A stretch of 58,955 bases of DNA from a virus (IMGVR_UViG_3300043776_000546:1-58955), one strand, 5' to 3'; counted from the first letter of the stretch, positions 25,117 through 35,269 are shown. Notes: a model not told the origin generated them from the sequence alone. A program made the numbers and translations.

Positions 25117-27692
25117 GCAAGCTGTACATCGACTCTGAAACGTGCGGGCTGCACAGCATGATGGTGCTGTTGCAGTATGCGCAGGACGAGGGGCCGATCA
25201 ACCTCCATGAGGTCTGGCGGCGGCCAATCCGTGAGACGTTGCGCCTGATCGAATGGCTGTGCGAACACACGGTCGTGGGCTTCAACTTGTCGTTCGACTG
25301 GTTCCATATCGCCAAAATCTACACCATCTTCCGCCTTTGCAACCCGGACTGGATTCCGCGGGAGCACATCAACGAGATCGCCCTGCTGGAGCGCCGCGGG
25401 CAGGATGGGCCGTGCGTCAAGCCGGCCTGTGCCCTGGACCTGATGCTCCATTCCCGCAAGGGGCCGTACCAGTCGCTCATGGCCCGCGAGGACATCCGCA
25501 TCAAGCGGGTGCCTTCCGCGCTGGCCTACGCCCTCGCTTCTGAGTTGGAGGGCCGTGTCCAACTGGATAACATCTACTTTGCCAAGTCGGCTGACCCGAA
25601 CGCTCCCAAGTGGCAGGTCTTCGACCGCAAGGATCGCTACGGCGACATCGACACCGATTTCAAGGATGTCGTGTTGCGCTTCAACCCAGCCGGCGGCCTC
25701 AAGTTCCTCGCCGAACACGCGATGGGATTCAAGCCCAAGTTCCACTTCAAGGACGTTGAGCCTTCTACGGCTTGGCGGCCTTACGAGCTGGGCTATGCGC
25801 CCACGGCGTTGGCCGTTTCGTCGCCCGACAAGAATTGGGAGGTGTGGGGCAAGAAGAAGGGCAAGCGGGTCAAGGTGGCCGTCGAAGAGCAACTGACGGA
25901 CCCAGCCCTGAACCTGGACGACCCGCACGACGACGAGGAAGTGGTCCCCAAGAAGGCGAAGCCCAAGCCAGGCGATGATGTCTTGTTGGGATATGCCTGG
26001 CCCGGCGTGATCGACAAGCACATTGAGCACTGGGCCACGCGGCCGGACGCCCGCGAGTACGCCAACGATGACATCGTTTACACGCGGGCGCTCGACAAGC
26101 ACTTCGGCTGTCCGACGCCAGGCGACAACGACTCGACGCTGGCCTGCATGGTCCCGGTCGTCCGATGGCACGGCTTCTCCATCAACAAGGCCGGCATGGG
26201 CGAACTGCTCGCCAAGGCCGAGGCCGTGGTCGCCAACTCCCCGGTCAACATCAACAAGCCAGGTGAGGTCCGAGCCTACATCACGGCCGCAATGGACTCC
26301 ACCGAGACGATCATCCTCGAAGAGTCCACCAAGAAAAGCAATCTGGAGGCCATCAACAACTGGGAGATCGCGGCTCCCGAGCCCTGCGGCCGATGCGAAG
26401 GCAGGCCGGGCTGCGTCCGCTGCGGCGGCACGGGCACGATCCAGCCGGGCAAGCACCCGGCCGCCGTCCGGTCCAAGGCAATCCTGGACGTGAAGGTCGC
26501 CGCCAAGGAAGTGGAACTGTACAAGAAGCTGCTGCTGGCCGGCAAGTTCCACGCCAGCTTCGTCGTGATCGGCACGCTCTCAAGCCGCATGGCCGGGGCT
26601 GACGGCCTGAACCCGCAGGGCATCAAGCACGCCAAGGACGTGCGCAAGATGTTCCCGTTGTTCTGGGAGGACATGATCCTCTGCGGCGGCGACTTCGACT
26701 CGTTCGAGGTGACGATTGCCGACGCCGTGTACAACGATCCGGCCCTCCGCAAGGACCTGACCACCAAAGGCCCCTGCCCGAAGTGCGGCGGCACCGGTAT
26801 CGAAAAGAAGAAGGGCGGCCCTTGCGGCGAGTGCGAGACCACCGGCATGACGCCGCAGAAGCTCCATGCCCTGTTCGGCATGGCCCTGTCCGGTCTGTCC
26901 TATGCCGAGGTCATCAATTCCAGCGGCACGGAGAACGACTGGTACGACAAGGGCAAACGTGGCGTGTTCGCCCTGGTATACGGCGGCGACTGGAATACGC
27001 TGGTGCAGAAACTCGGTGTTACCGAGGCTCGGGCCAAGGCCGCCTACGCGGACTTCGTGAAGCGCTACCCCGGCATCGACAAGGCCCGCCGCAAGACCTT
27101 TGACGCCTTCTGCTCCATGCGGCAACCCGCAGGCATCGGGAGTGCGGTGGTCTGGGCAACGCCGGCCGAGTACATCGAAACCTTCCTCGGCTTCCGCCGC
27201 TACTTCAGTCTGGAAAACAAAATCTGCCAGGCCCTCTTCGACCTGGCCCGCAACCCGCCGAAGCATTGGCGAGCGTGCAAGGTCAAGGTGGTGCGGCGGG
27301 ATCGCGTGCAGACAGCCGGCGGGGCCGTCGCCAGCGCACTCTATGGTGCCGCATTCCAGATGCAGGCGGCCAACATGCGAGCGGCGGCCAACCACGAAAT
27401 CCAGAGCCCTGGTGCGGAAATTACGAAGTCTGTCCAGCGGCGGCTGTGGGACTTGCAGCCTGCGGGTGTCCATCCGTTGCGGCTTGCCCCGCTGAACGTC
27501 CACGATGAATTGATGGTCGTGGCGATGCACAGCATCGTCACCGCGATCACGGCCAATGTCCGCGAGGTCGTGGAATCCTTCCGCGGCCATGTCCCGCTGG
27601 TGGGCATGACCTGGTTCGAGGGAATGGACAACTGGGCCGAGAAGAAGGGCGGTGCCGCCCCGGTCAAGATTCGAGCCCCGGAGATGATGTAA
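25113..27692 (+). CDS. Family A DNA polymerase with 3'-5' exonuclease and zinc-finger insertions
   Basis: IDSET, GFNLSFD, YANDD exonuclease motifs; DFDSFE (A), KRGVFALVYG (B), VHDEL (C). Confidence 0.9.
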   Translation: MSKLYIDSETCGLHSMMVLLQYAQDEGPINLHEVWRRPIRETLRLIEWLCEHTVVGFNLSFDWFHIAKIYTIFRLCNPDWIPREHINEIALLERRGQDGPCVKPACALDLMLHSRKGPYQSLMAREDIRIKRVPSALAYALASELEGRVQLDNIYFAKSADPNAPKWQVFDRKDRYGDIDTDFKDVVLRFNPAGGLKFLAEHAMGFKPKFHFKDVEPSTAWRPYELGYAPTALAVSSPDKNWEVWGKKKGKRVKVAVEEQLTDPALNLDDPHDDEEVVPKKAKPKPGDDVLLGYAWPGVIDKHIEHWATRPDAREYANDDIVYTRALDKHFGCPTPGDNDSTLACMVPVVRWHGFSINKAGMGELLAKAEAVVANSPVNINKPGEVRAYITAAMDSTETIILEESTKKSNLEAINNWEIAAPEPCGRCEGRPGCVRCGGTGTIQPGKHPAAVRSKAILDVKVAAKEVELYKKLLLAGKFHASFVVIGTLSSRMAGADGLNPQGIKHAKDVRKMFPLFWEDMILCGGDFDSFEVTIADAVYNDPALRKDLTTKGPCPKCGGTGIEKKKGGPCGECETTGMTPQKLHALFGMALSGLSYAEVINSSGTENDWYDKGKRGVFALVYGGDWNTLVQKLGVTEARAKAAYADFVKRYPGIDKARRKTFDAFCSMRQPAGIGSAVVWATPAEYIETFLGFRRYFSLENKICQALFDLARNPPKHWRACKVKVVRRDRVQTAGGAVASALYGAAFQMQAANMRAAANHEIQSPGAEITKSVQRRLWDLQPAGVHPLRLAPLNVHDELMVVAMHSIVTAITANVREVVESFRGHVPLVGMTWFEGMDNWAEKKGGAAPVKIRAPEMM

Positions 27693-28003
27693 TGCGCTAC
27701 ACAGACAGCTACGAGATCGAGTTCAAGACACCCGGCGGCGAGTGGGAAAGTGTGGGCCACGTCTATCCTCACTACGTCTGGCAGATCGTTTGCCCTTGGT
27801 ACTTCCTCGGGCTGGTCCGCTGGCCGCGGATTGTCAACGCGGCGGCTGTTGAAGACCTACAGGCGCGCCACACTGCCGTGATGGCAGCCGTAGCCTTTTG
27901 CCTGACGGGCCCGAGAACCTACTACCGCATCTGGCGATGGGAGCGTCGTGGCTGGCGGCTGCGACGGACGCTGGACGGCGGCTGGGAAGGCATGTTGCCG
28001 TGA
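27692..28003 (+). CDS. Hypothetical protein
   Basis: TAATG coupling with the polymerase gene. Confidence 0.55.
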   Translation: MRYTDSYEIEFKTPGGEWESVGHVYPHYVWQIVCPWYFLGLVRWPRIVNAAAVEDLQARHTAVMAAVAFCLTGPRTYYRIWRWERRGWRLRRTLDGGWEGMLP

Positions 28004-28410
28004 AGAAGGTTTGCCGCCCGAAGCACGGCCCAGAATGGCATATCCAGAAGGACGTTATCAGGTATCTGATCGCCCGCGGCTGGCACGTTGAACACACCCA
28101 CGGCAATCTCTATCAGACCGGCTTTCCTGATCTGTTCGCGGCCCACAAGAAATGGGGCACCCGCTGGATCGACTGCAAGCAGCCGAAGAAGTACAGCTTC
28201 ACCAAAGCACAAAAACAGAAGTGGCCTCTGTGGGAGTCCTTTGGCATCGGAATCTGGATTCTGACGGCGGGCACCCAAGCGGAATACGACAAGTTGTTCA
28301 ACCTGCCGAATTGGCGTGCCTATTGGAAGGAGTCCTGGGGCCGGATTCCTACGCAGGCTGACATCGACCGGATGCTCGACGAGCTAGTGCGCGAAGGCCA
28401 ATCAGCCTGA
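28000..28410 (+). CDS. VRR-NUC-like nuclease
   Basis: E..IQ, GFPDL, WIDCK and TKAQ motifs. Confidence 0.75.
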   Translation: MKKVCRPKHGPEWHIQKDVIRYLIARGWHVEHTHGNLYQTGFPDLFAAHKKWGTRWIDCKQPKKYSFTKAQKQKWPLWESFGIGIWILTAGTQAEYDKLFNLPNWRAYWKESWGRIPTQADIDRMLDELVREGQSA

Positions 28411-28455
28411 TCTACCGCGCCAGCACACCGCTCAACCTTCAACTGCGGAGACGCT

Positions 28456-28935
28456 ATGCGCCTATTACGCAAGCCGGAACGCTGGATGTGTCTGCCGGCA
28501 TCCTTTGCGATAGTCCTGGATCTGCCGCTCAGCGACATCTTCAGGGAGATCGGCCACGACGGCAGCCAGATCATGTGGCCTGATCTGCTGGAGCCCACTT
28601 GTCGGCGCGCCTTTCACCCCCAGGAGTTGATCCACGTTTGCTTGAGTCACGGCCACGCTGCCACGCGAATCGAGTTGTTTCCCGTCCTGTGTCCGACGCC
28701 TAACGGCGGCAAGCACATTATCGACTACCCGGATGACAACTGGGTCCGCTTCACACGGGTCATTGATCTCAGCCGCGGCGTGATTGAAGGCGTCGGCCAG
28801 CGTTGCGGTCATGCGGTCGCCTATGAGTACGGGCACATCTTCGACCCGGATGGCCACGAGTACGACTACTCGCGCGAAGCCTGTGAGCAACGAGGCTTCT
28901 TCACACAGCATCTCTGGCGCATTGACAGGATTTGA
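28456..28935 (+). CDS. Putative papain-fold (C39-like) peptidase
   Basis: CLPASFA, GHAVAY and IFDPD give a Cys-His-Asp pattern. Confidence 0.55.
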   Translation: MRLLRKPERWMCLPASFAIVLDLPLSDIFREIGHDGSQIMWPDLLEPTCRRAFHPQELIHVCLSHGHAATRIELFPVLCPTPNGGKHIIDYPDDNWVRFTRVIDLSRGVIEGVGQRCGHAVAYEYGHIFDPDGHEYDYSREACEQRGFFTQHLWRIDRI

Positions 28936-28937
28936 GC

Positions 28938-29564
28938 ATGGCATCCAGTGTTGACCGGAATAACGAACTGTTCCCCTTGGTCGTCGCCGGGAATGCCGCA
29001 GCCCGCACGGCGCTGATCGACGAGAACATGGTTCTCGTGGTACTCAAAGCAGACTCGTTGATTAAGCAAGTCCCGAGCATCAGCTACCTCCGCGATGATT
29101 TGATTAGTGCAGGTTACATCGGTCTGGTGATTGCTGTCAATAAAGTGGCACAGGGCAGGATGACAAATGCGCGCGGCTTGAACTGCTACCTTGGTCGCTG
29201 TGTGCGGCGCGAAATGTTGGAATTGCTGCCGCACGAGCGGCCGATTCACGTCCCCAAACGATCTAGTGCTGTCGCCCGCAACCCGGCGAGTGTGTCCTGG
29301 AACGTGCAGCCAATTGAAATACCGGTGGTTGTGAACACCCTTCCTGACGGTCTCCAAACCGATTCACCCACCGCTGCCGTGGAGCTACGAGACATTTTTG
29401 CGGTGTGCTGCAAATCAGACCGGGAGCGCGAATGCCTGCGACTACGGGAAGAAGGCTACACGTTCGTGGAAATCGGTGAGCACCTGGGCATCGGCAAATC
29501 CCTGGCGCAACGGATATTCACCCGGCTACGCGCCCGCATCTATTCACACCTGGAAAAGCCATGA
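28938..29564 (+). CDS. Sigma-70 family factor, FliA/WhiG-like region 2
   Basis: ARTALIDENMVLV and RDDLISAGYIGLVIAV; region 4 HTH YTFVEIGEHLGIGKS. Confidence 0.85.
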   Translation: MASSVDRNNELFPLVVAGNAAARTALIDENMVLVVLKADSLIKQVPSISYLRDDLISAGYIGLVIAVNKVAQGRMTNARGLNCYLGRCVRREMLELLPHERPIHVPKRSSAVARNPASVSWNVQPIEIPVVVNTLPDGLQTDSPTAAVELRDIFAVCCKSDRERECLRLREEGYTFVEIGEHLGIGKSLAQRIFTRLRARIYSHLEKP

Positions 29565-30133
29565 TCCGACGCATCTTCTTGGACCTGGATGATACCTGCA
29601 ACACGCTGGCCATGCACGTCTTGTACTGCGTGGGTTGCCCGGTCAATCCCCGAGACTACCGGCAGCATCCTGTGGCCTTCGGCTACGAAATCCACGAGGC
29701 AGCCAATCATTTGCTCGGCCGTCCCAAGTTCGCCAACGCCGGCCAGTTCTGGTCCACCATCACCCGGACCGATTGGGCCGAGTGTCCCACCTCCGAAATC
29801 TTCCCGCGGATTCTGTTGCGGGCGGCCCGGCTGGTCGGGCGCGAGAACGTCTGCATTGCCACGGGCCCGACGAAATGCCCCGAGAGCCTATCCGGTAAGC
29901 TGGATTGGATTCACCGGGTCATGCCGCATTGGATGCACCGCCAATACGCAATCACGCCTCGCAAGCACCTCTTCGCCCGCCCGGACGCCCTGCTGATCGA
30001 CGATCTGGAAGCCAATCTGGATCGTTTCCAGGCTGGCGGTGGTCATGGCATCCTGGTGCCCCGGCCGTGGAACAGGCTACGGGGCGCGGACCCGTTCGAT
30101 GCGATCGATGGGCAACTGGAAAATCTTTTCTGA
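29561..30133 (+). CDS. HAD-family 5'(3')-deoxyribonucleotidase-like protein
   Basis: FLDLDDT, GKLDWI, LIDD and PRPWN motifs. Confidence 0.82.
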   Translation: MIRRIFLDLDDTCNTLAMHVLYCVGCPVNPRDYRQHPVAFGYEIHEAANHLLGRPKFANAGQFWSTITRTDWAECPTSEIFPRILLRAARLVGRENVCIATGPTKCPESLSGKLDWIHRVMPHWMHRQYAITPRKHLFARPDALLIDDLEANLDRFQAGGGHGILVPRPWNRLRGADPFDAIDGQLENLF

Positions 30134-30147
30134 TTTTCCACGGACTC

Positions 30148-30186
30148 ACTCTAATTTTGGCCCCCGGCGTTGATTTAACTAATAGG
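30148..30186 (+). promoter_or_regulatory. Bipartite motif, copy 2 of 5
   Basis: ACTCTAA-N14-GTTGATTTAACTAATAGG. Confidence 0.75.
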
Positions 30187-30212
30187 CACCCATTTTGACC
30201 GGAGATCAAACG

Positions 30213-30392
30213 ATGCACGAAGTCGAGTTCATTCCCGCGGAATGGCTGGAACGCTCCCTGTGGGCGGCAATGCGCGGTCAGACGTTGCTTTGCTACAGCC
30301 GGCCGGTGATGGTCGAACGCCGCATCCAGACCCGGCGGACGGCCGACATGACATTGCTGATTCAATCCGCACTCTTGGCAAAGGCGGCATGA
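30213..30392 (+). CDS. Small hypothetical protein
   Basis: GGAG RBS downstream of motif copy 2. Confidence 0.55.
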   Translation: MHEVEFIPAEWLERSLWAAMRGQTLLCYSRPVMVERRIQTRRTADMTLLIQSALLAKAA

Positions 30393-31543
30393 TGGCGCGA
30401 CGCGAATTCCTGCAACTGGCCGACCATTACGACCCATCCAAGAGTACGGTGGCCGGCTGGTTCATTTCCGAGAAACTCGACGGCACCCGTTGCTTCTGGG
30501 ACGGCGGCCTGTCCCGCGGACTGGCCACGGACACCATCCCTTGGGCCAGCATCATCGACCCGAAGACCGGCAAGCGAAAGGCGAAGATCAAGCCGGTGGC
30601 CACGGGGCTCTGGTCCCGCTACGGCAATCCGATCCTCGCCCCGGACACGTTCCTAAACCAGCTTCCGTGCTGTCCGCTCGACGGCGAGCTATGGGCCAGG
30701 CGGGGCAACTTCCAACTGTGCCGGTCGATCTGCGGTGGCGACGAGCCCGATCCCCGTTTCGAGAAGCAGATCGTCTATGCCGTCTACTCGGCCCCGCCGC
30801 TGGCAGCCGTGTTCGGCACGGGCGAGATCAAGAACACCAACATGGTGTGCAATCTCGACTACATCGGCATCGAGCAGTGGGTTCGCCGCCGGGTGGACGC
30901 ACTGGGTCGGGAGCCGGCCTGCGAGGGCGTGCCGATCCCGAAACGCTGCCTGGCCGACGACTACAAGTACCTGCCCCTGGGTGTGCCGTTCTCGGATGAA
31001 GTCCGCTTCCTGGCCGGCAACTTGGACAATGGCCCCGAGTCCAAGTGCTATCTCCATCCGCAAACGAAGTTGATCGACATTGCCGACGAGGCCGCCCAGC
31101 AGGTGGAGGCGTTCCTGCAACGGGTTCTGGACAAGGGCGGCGAAGGCGTCGTGATTCGCAATCCGAATGCCGTGTGGACGCCAAAGCGCCACAAGGGCCT
31201 GCTGAAATACAAGCCCTTCGAGGACGCCGAGGCCCGCATCATCGGCTTCACTTCCGGCCGCGAGACAACGAAGGGCAGCAAGCACCTCGGTCGGATTGGG
31301 GCGCTCATCACCGACTACAAGGGCAAGCGGCTCGAATTGTCCGGTTTGACCGACGCCGAGCGCGAGTTCTCGTCCAGCGAGATGGGCGTCTTCGCATCGG
31401 CCAACCCCGGCATGGACATGCCCGACTGGTTTCAGGGCCGTGCCTTCAAGAAGGGCCAGGCGGTCACGTTCAAGTACCGCGAGCTATCGGATGACGGCAT
31501 CCCGAAAGAGGCGCGGTACTGGCGACCGAGGGACGTGGAATGA
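30389..31543 (+). CDS. ATP-dependent DNA ligase
   Basis: EKLDG, LDGELW, GEGVVIR, LLKYK and OB-fold TFKYRE motifs. Confidence 0.92.
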   Translation: MMARREFLQLADHYDPSKSTVAGWFISEKLDGTRCFWDGGLSRGLATDTIPWASIIDPKTGKRKAKIKPVATGLWSRYGNPILAPDTFLNQLPCCPLDGELWARRGNFQLCRSICGGDEPDPRFEKQIVYAVYSAPPLAAVFGTGEIKNTNMVCNLDYIGIEQWVRRRVDALGREPACEGVPIPKRCLADDYKYLPLGVPFSDEVRFLAGNLDNGPESKCYLHPQTKLIDIADEAAQQVEAFLQRVLDKGGEGVVIRNPNAVWTPKRHKGLLKYKPFEDAEARIIGFTSGRETTKGSKHLGRIGALITDYKGKRLELSGLTDAEREFSSSEMGVFASANPGMDMPDWFQGRAFKKGQAVTFKYRELSDDGIPKEARYWRPRDVE

Positions 31544-32058
31544 AGACGGGTATCGGCAGTCACACCCGCGCCGTCCGGGGAGCAACCGACTGCTGGCTGA
31601 CGCCGCCGGAGGTCATCAGGGCACTGGCGCCTTTCGACCTTGACCCCTGTGCCGCTCCCGGCCAGCCGTGGACGACAGCAAAGCATCAGTACACCCCGCC
31701 GCAAGACGGCCTGCAACTGCCGTGGTTCGGCCGAGTGTGGCTTAATCCGCCCTATGGCCAACAGACAGGGCTGTGGTTGGATCGTCTGAGTCAGCACGGC
31801 AACGGAATCGCTTTGGTTTTCGCCCGAACCGAGACGGCAATGTTCTTTGAGCATGTCTGGAGCAAAGTCGCCGGAGTCCTGTTTCTGGAGGGCCGGTTGT
31901 ATTTCTGCCAACTGGACGGAACCAGGGCCAAAGGCAACGCTGGCGGGCCATCTGTGTTATTGGCCTACGGCGCGGAGAACGCCCAAGTGTTGCAGGGCTG
32001 CTCATTAGAGGGCGCGTACTGCACGACGATCGAGAGGCCGCGAAGGAAACAGCCATGA
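31540..32058 (+). CDS. Phage Dam-type N6-adenine methyltransferase
   Basis: WLTP, FDLDPC, DGL, WLNPPY and ARTET motifs. Confidence 0.88.
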   Translation: MKTGIGSHTRAVRGATDCWLTPPEVIRALAPFDLDPCAAPGQPWTTAKHQYTPPQDGLQLPWFGRVWLNPPYGQQTGLWLDRLSQHGNGIALVFARTETAMFFEHVWSKVAGVLFLEGRLYFCQLDGTRAKGNAGGPSVLLAYGAENAQVLQGCSLEGAYCTTIERPRRKQP

Positions 32059-32834
32059 CGAGTCGCACCTCAGTACCTTCAGCGAGAAAGCCACCAATGT
32101 CCGTCCGTAACCCGAAGCAGGAAGGCACGCCGTTCTGGGACTGTATCCCACAGGTTGGCCCATGCCCGATCGCCTGCGACCAGTGTTTCTACAACCGCCC
32201 CGGTGCGTACTACGTGCCCATCGACCGGCCGCACGTCCCAACAGGCACGGAGGTCGGCGATGGCATCGTGCGGATGAACTGCGGCAACGATTCCAACAAC
32301 CAGCGGGAGTTGGTGATCGAGACCGCCCAGCGGTACAAGCGGTTCTTCTTCAACACCAGCATCCCGCGATACGACTTCCCCGGCCCCGTCGTCCTGACGG
32401 CCAACCCGAAGGAGGAAGACGAGAGCAAGTACGCCATGCCGAACTGGCACATGGACGACTGGTACTCGCCGGCCGCAAACCTGATGTTCGTGCGGCTCCG
32501 CACGTCGGCCACCAACCTGCTCCTGGTGGACAAGGCCGTGGCAGCGTGGACGGCCGCCAAGGTGCCGTGCGTCATTACCTTCATGGCCTACTACGACCAT
32601 GAGCCGAACCTGCCGGCGGACCTGGCGTTCAAGGGCCAGTGCTACGAGTGGCGCGTGCGGCACATCAACTCGTACTGGTGCCCGACGAAAGAGTTCATGC
32701 GCTGGGTCATGCTTCGCTACGCCGGCAATCGCCTGGTGAGCATGTGCAGCAGCATTGGGTCCGCCTACTGCCGCGATTGCCGCAACTGCGAGACCCACTA
32801 CCTGCAAACCATGAAGAGGCTCCGCCGTGAGTAA
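32055..32834 (+). CDS. Radical SAM-like protein
   Basis: CPIACDQCFY (CxxxCxxC) and C-terminal CRDCRNC. Start may be 32097. Confidence 0.65.
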   Translation: MTSRTSVPSARKPPMSVRNPKQEGTPFWDCIPQVGPCPIACDQCFYNRPGAYYVPIDRPHVPTGTEVGDGIVRMNCGNDSNNQRELVIETAQRYKRFFFNTSIPRYDFPGPVVLTANPKEEDESKYAMPNWHMDDWYSPAANLMFVRLRTSATNLLLVDKAVAAWTAAKVPCVITFMAYYDHEPNLPADLAFKGQCYEWRVRHINSYWCPTKEFMRWVMLRYAGNRLVSMCSSIGSAYCRDCRNCETHYLQTMKRLRRE

Positions 32835-32982
32835 CGGGCTCGTCACCATCACCATCGCTGGCCTGGTGGCAGGTGTCGTCATCACGATCACCGCCCCGCC
32901 GGTCGCGGCCGTCCTCATGGTCGGCTGGATTTCCACTGTCTGGCTGATCGGCTACCTGATCCTCAAGAAGCAAGGGGGTTGA
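32827..32982 (+). CDS. Small membrane protein (51 aa)
   Basis: Hydrophobic ORF overlapping the upstream stop; read manually. Confidence 0.55.
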   Translation: MSNGLVTITIAGLVAGVVITITAPPVAAVLMVGWISTVWLIGYLILKKQGG

Positions 32983-32985
32983 ACA

Positions 32986-33210
32986 ATGGCGTCCGCGCAA
33001 CAGAACCGCGACTTCACCACGGCCGTCGTTAGCCAGTATCCGCTGGACGAGGCCATCGACTGGATTCGCAGCAACATGGAGCCGGAGGACGTGTTCGAGC
33101 CCGAGACGCTCTTGGCCTGGGCCAAGGAGAACGCCCCCAGCCCCGAGGAAGTCTGCTCGCAGCGGGACCTGGAGAACTGGGCCGAAGAGAACGGCTTCAC
33201 CCAAGCATGA
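32986..33210 (+). CDS. Small acidic hypothetical protein
   Basis: GC3 bias; in operon. Confidence 0.65.
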   Translation: MASAQQNRDFTTAVVSQYPLDEAIDWIRSNMEPEDVFEPETLLAWAKENAPSPEEVCSQRDLENWAEENGFTQA

Positions 33211-33386
33211 ACCTTCAGGCCGCAGTGAAACAGATCGACACGACGCTCGGCGAGGGTTACGCCAAGGCGCACCCCGAGCTTCTGGCCGCCTACGTGGTGG
33301 CGGACGCGCTGACCGAGATCGACAAAACGCTGGTCGAGACCGCCCAGACCATCGCCGACCTGGCCAAGCGATTCAGCCTCTTCTAA
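33207..33386 (+). CDS. Small hypothetical protein (59 aa)
   Basis: ATGA overlap; read manually (GEGYAKAHPELLAAY). Confidence 0.6.
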   Translation: MNLQAAVKQIDTTLGEGYAKAHPELLAAYVVADALTEIDKTLVETAQTIADLAKRFSLF

Positions 33387-33398
33387 GGGATTCCCTGC

Positions 33399-34508
33399 AT
33401 GTCCGACATCACGGTCACGATCCAAACTATCAGCAGTATTGTCCCACATCCAAATGCGGACAAGCTGGAGATCGCCACCATTCTCGGCACCCAGACGATC
33501 GTGCCCAAGGGGCAGTACAGGGTCGGCGAGCCGGTGGTCTACTTCCCGCCGGACATCTGCCTGCCCGAAGACGAAGCCAACTGGCTGGGCGTGTTCAAGT
33601 ATCTCAAGTCGGGCGGCCGGGTGGCGGCCTGCCGGCTGCGCGGCGTCCCATCCTACGGCTTCGTGGCCCCGGTGCCTCCGCGCTTGGCCAGCATGGTCGA
33701 TCATGCCGACGCCGACTTGACGGAGCACTATCACGCTTGGAAGTACGAGCCGCCCGTGCGGGTCTACCGCGGCCACGGCGGCGGCACGGGCGAGGTGTGG
33801 GGCGGCCTGGCCCGCGAGCCGGAGAACTTCCACCACTACACCGACATCCAGGCGTTCTGGAAACACCACCGCGAGTTCACCGCCGACGTGCCGGTGCGGG
33901 TGACGGAGAAGATTCACGGCACTAACAGCCGCGTGGCCCTGCTCAAGGTTGATGACGAATGGGACTTCTACGCCGGCAGCCATAAGAAGTGCCGCCGGTG
34001 GCATGACACCGAGGGGCGTGATTCCGTCTACTGGCATCCGTTCAACATCCCGGGCGTCATGGACCTGCTCACTGAGTTGTGCAACTGCAATGACGACCCG
34101 ACCAGGGACGTGATCCTCTTCGGCGAACTGTTCGGCCCCGGCGTCCAGGACCTTGACTACGGGATTCCTGCGGGTGAGATCGGCTGGCGGTGCTACGACT
34201 GCTCGGTCAACGGTTGCTATCTCGATTGGCCCGTCCTCGTCGCCTACTGCATTGCCTTCGGCGTGCAGACGGTCCCCGTGCTCTACACCGGCCGGTTCAA
34301 GGCTGACTTGGTGGAGGAGTGGACCAACGGCCCGACGATCGCCGTGGACCCGGCCACTGTCAAGGCCAAGTTCAAGGGCCGCGAAGGCTGCGTGATTACC
34401 CCGCTCACTGAGACCTACAGCAAGGCTCTCGGCGGACGGCTGATTCTCAAGAGCGTGTCGGCGGACTACCGCGACCGGAAAGGGGCAAGAGATGAAGGCG
34501 AACTGTAA
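33399..34508 (+). CDS. ATP-dependent RNA ligase (DRB0094/Rnl5-like)
   Basis: N-terminal HPNADKLE; EKIHGTN, FGELFG, REGCVI and ILKSVS motifs. Confidence 0.9.
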   Translation: MSDITVTIQTISSIVPHPNADKLEIATILGTQTIVPKGQYRVGEPVVYFPPDICLPEDEANWLGVFKYLKSGGRVAACRLRGVPSYGFVAPVPPRLASMVDHADADLTEHYHAWKYEPPVRVYRGHGGGTGEVWGGLAREPENFHHYTDIQAFWKHHREFTADVPVRVTEKIHGTNSRVALLKVDDEWDFYAGSHKKCRRWHDTEGRDSVYWHPFNIPGVMDLLTELCNCNDDPTRDVILFGELFGPGVQDLDYGIPAGEIGWRCYDCSVNGCYLDWPVLVAYCIAFGVQTVPVLYTGRFKADLVEEWTNGPTIAVDPATVKAKFKGREGCVITPLTETYSKALGGRLILKSVSADYRDRKGARDEGEL

Positions 34509-34992
34509 GTCCTGGATTCAAGTCACGCTGATGGGGGTGCTCTACGGCATCATCGTGCAACTCAGCCTGCCGTTCATCGGCGGCCTGTACTACGCCACCT
34601 GCGGCGACCATGACGACGAGCAGATGTACTTGGACCACTGTATCCAGCACTTGAAGCTGCTCCGCCATTGCACGCATGACCCCGACTTGCAAGGCGTCCT
34701 GGACTACGCGATCCAGCGCTACAACAGGGTCGGCCCCTGGGACGTGATGTTCATGCCGCTCAACGGGCCGCCCGGCGGCAAGACACTTGGCTGCAACTGC
34801 CCCTGGTGCCCCGGCATCACGCTCGATCCCTGCCTACTGCGCTGGGAGCCGGAAGACACGGCCCTCGTCATCGCGCACGAGGCCATGCACGACTACTACC
34901 CGTTCTTCGGCCATTCCTTTCACGCCACACGCGAACCGGTGCTCTACGAGTTGTCCTATGCTCTCCGACGCCTTTATCGAAGTCACCTGTGA
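34492..34992 (+). CDS. Membrane-anchored HExxH protein
   Basis: Transmembrane helix; IAHEAMH. Confidence 0.6.
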   Translation: MKANCKSWIQVTLMGVLYGIIVQLSLPFIGGLYYATCGDHDDEQMYLDHCIQHLKLLRHCTHDPDLQGVLDYAIQRYNRVGPWDVMFMPLNGPPGGKTLGCNCPWCPGITLDPCLLRWEPEDTALVIAHEAMHDYYPFFGHSFHATREPVLYELSYALRRLYRSHL

Positions 34993-35098
34993 CGGCTGCC
35001 ATGTCGTTGAAGTGGTCCCGTTGACGGCCAACGGCGACGAGCACTGGTGCGACGAGTGTACCAAGATCAACCGCCACCAACCGAGTTAGGAGGTTCCG

Positions 35099-35269
35099 AT
35101 GGCCCAAGGCGATTTCACGAAAGAGGAAGCCAACGAGATCGAGAGGGTTTTCAAGGAAGTCTTCGACGCGCTGCCCAAGCGCAAGCAGATCGAGTTCATC
35201 GGGCACGCCAACGACATCTACCTGTTCCTGGCCGCCTGCCAGCGCGAGTGTCCCGCGGAGAAGAAGTAG
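35099..35269 (+). CDS. Small hypothetical protein (56 aa)
   Basis: AGGAGG RBS; read manually. Confidence 0.65.
   Translation: MAQGDFTKEEANEIERVFKEVFDALPKRKQIEFIGHANDIYLFLAACQRECPAEKK

Noticed and set aside
7180-27692. Calling this a Z-genome (diaminopurine) phage
   Set aside because: No purZ is in the window; DUF5664 and PolA alone are insufficient.
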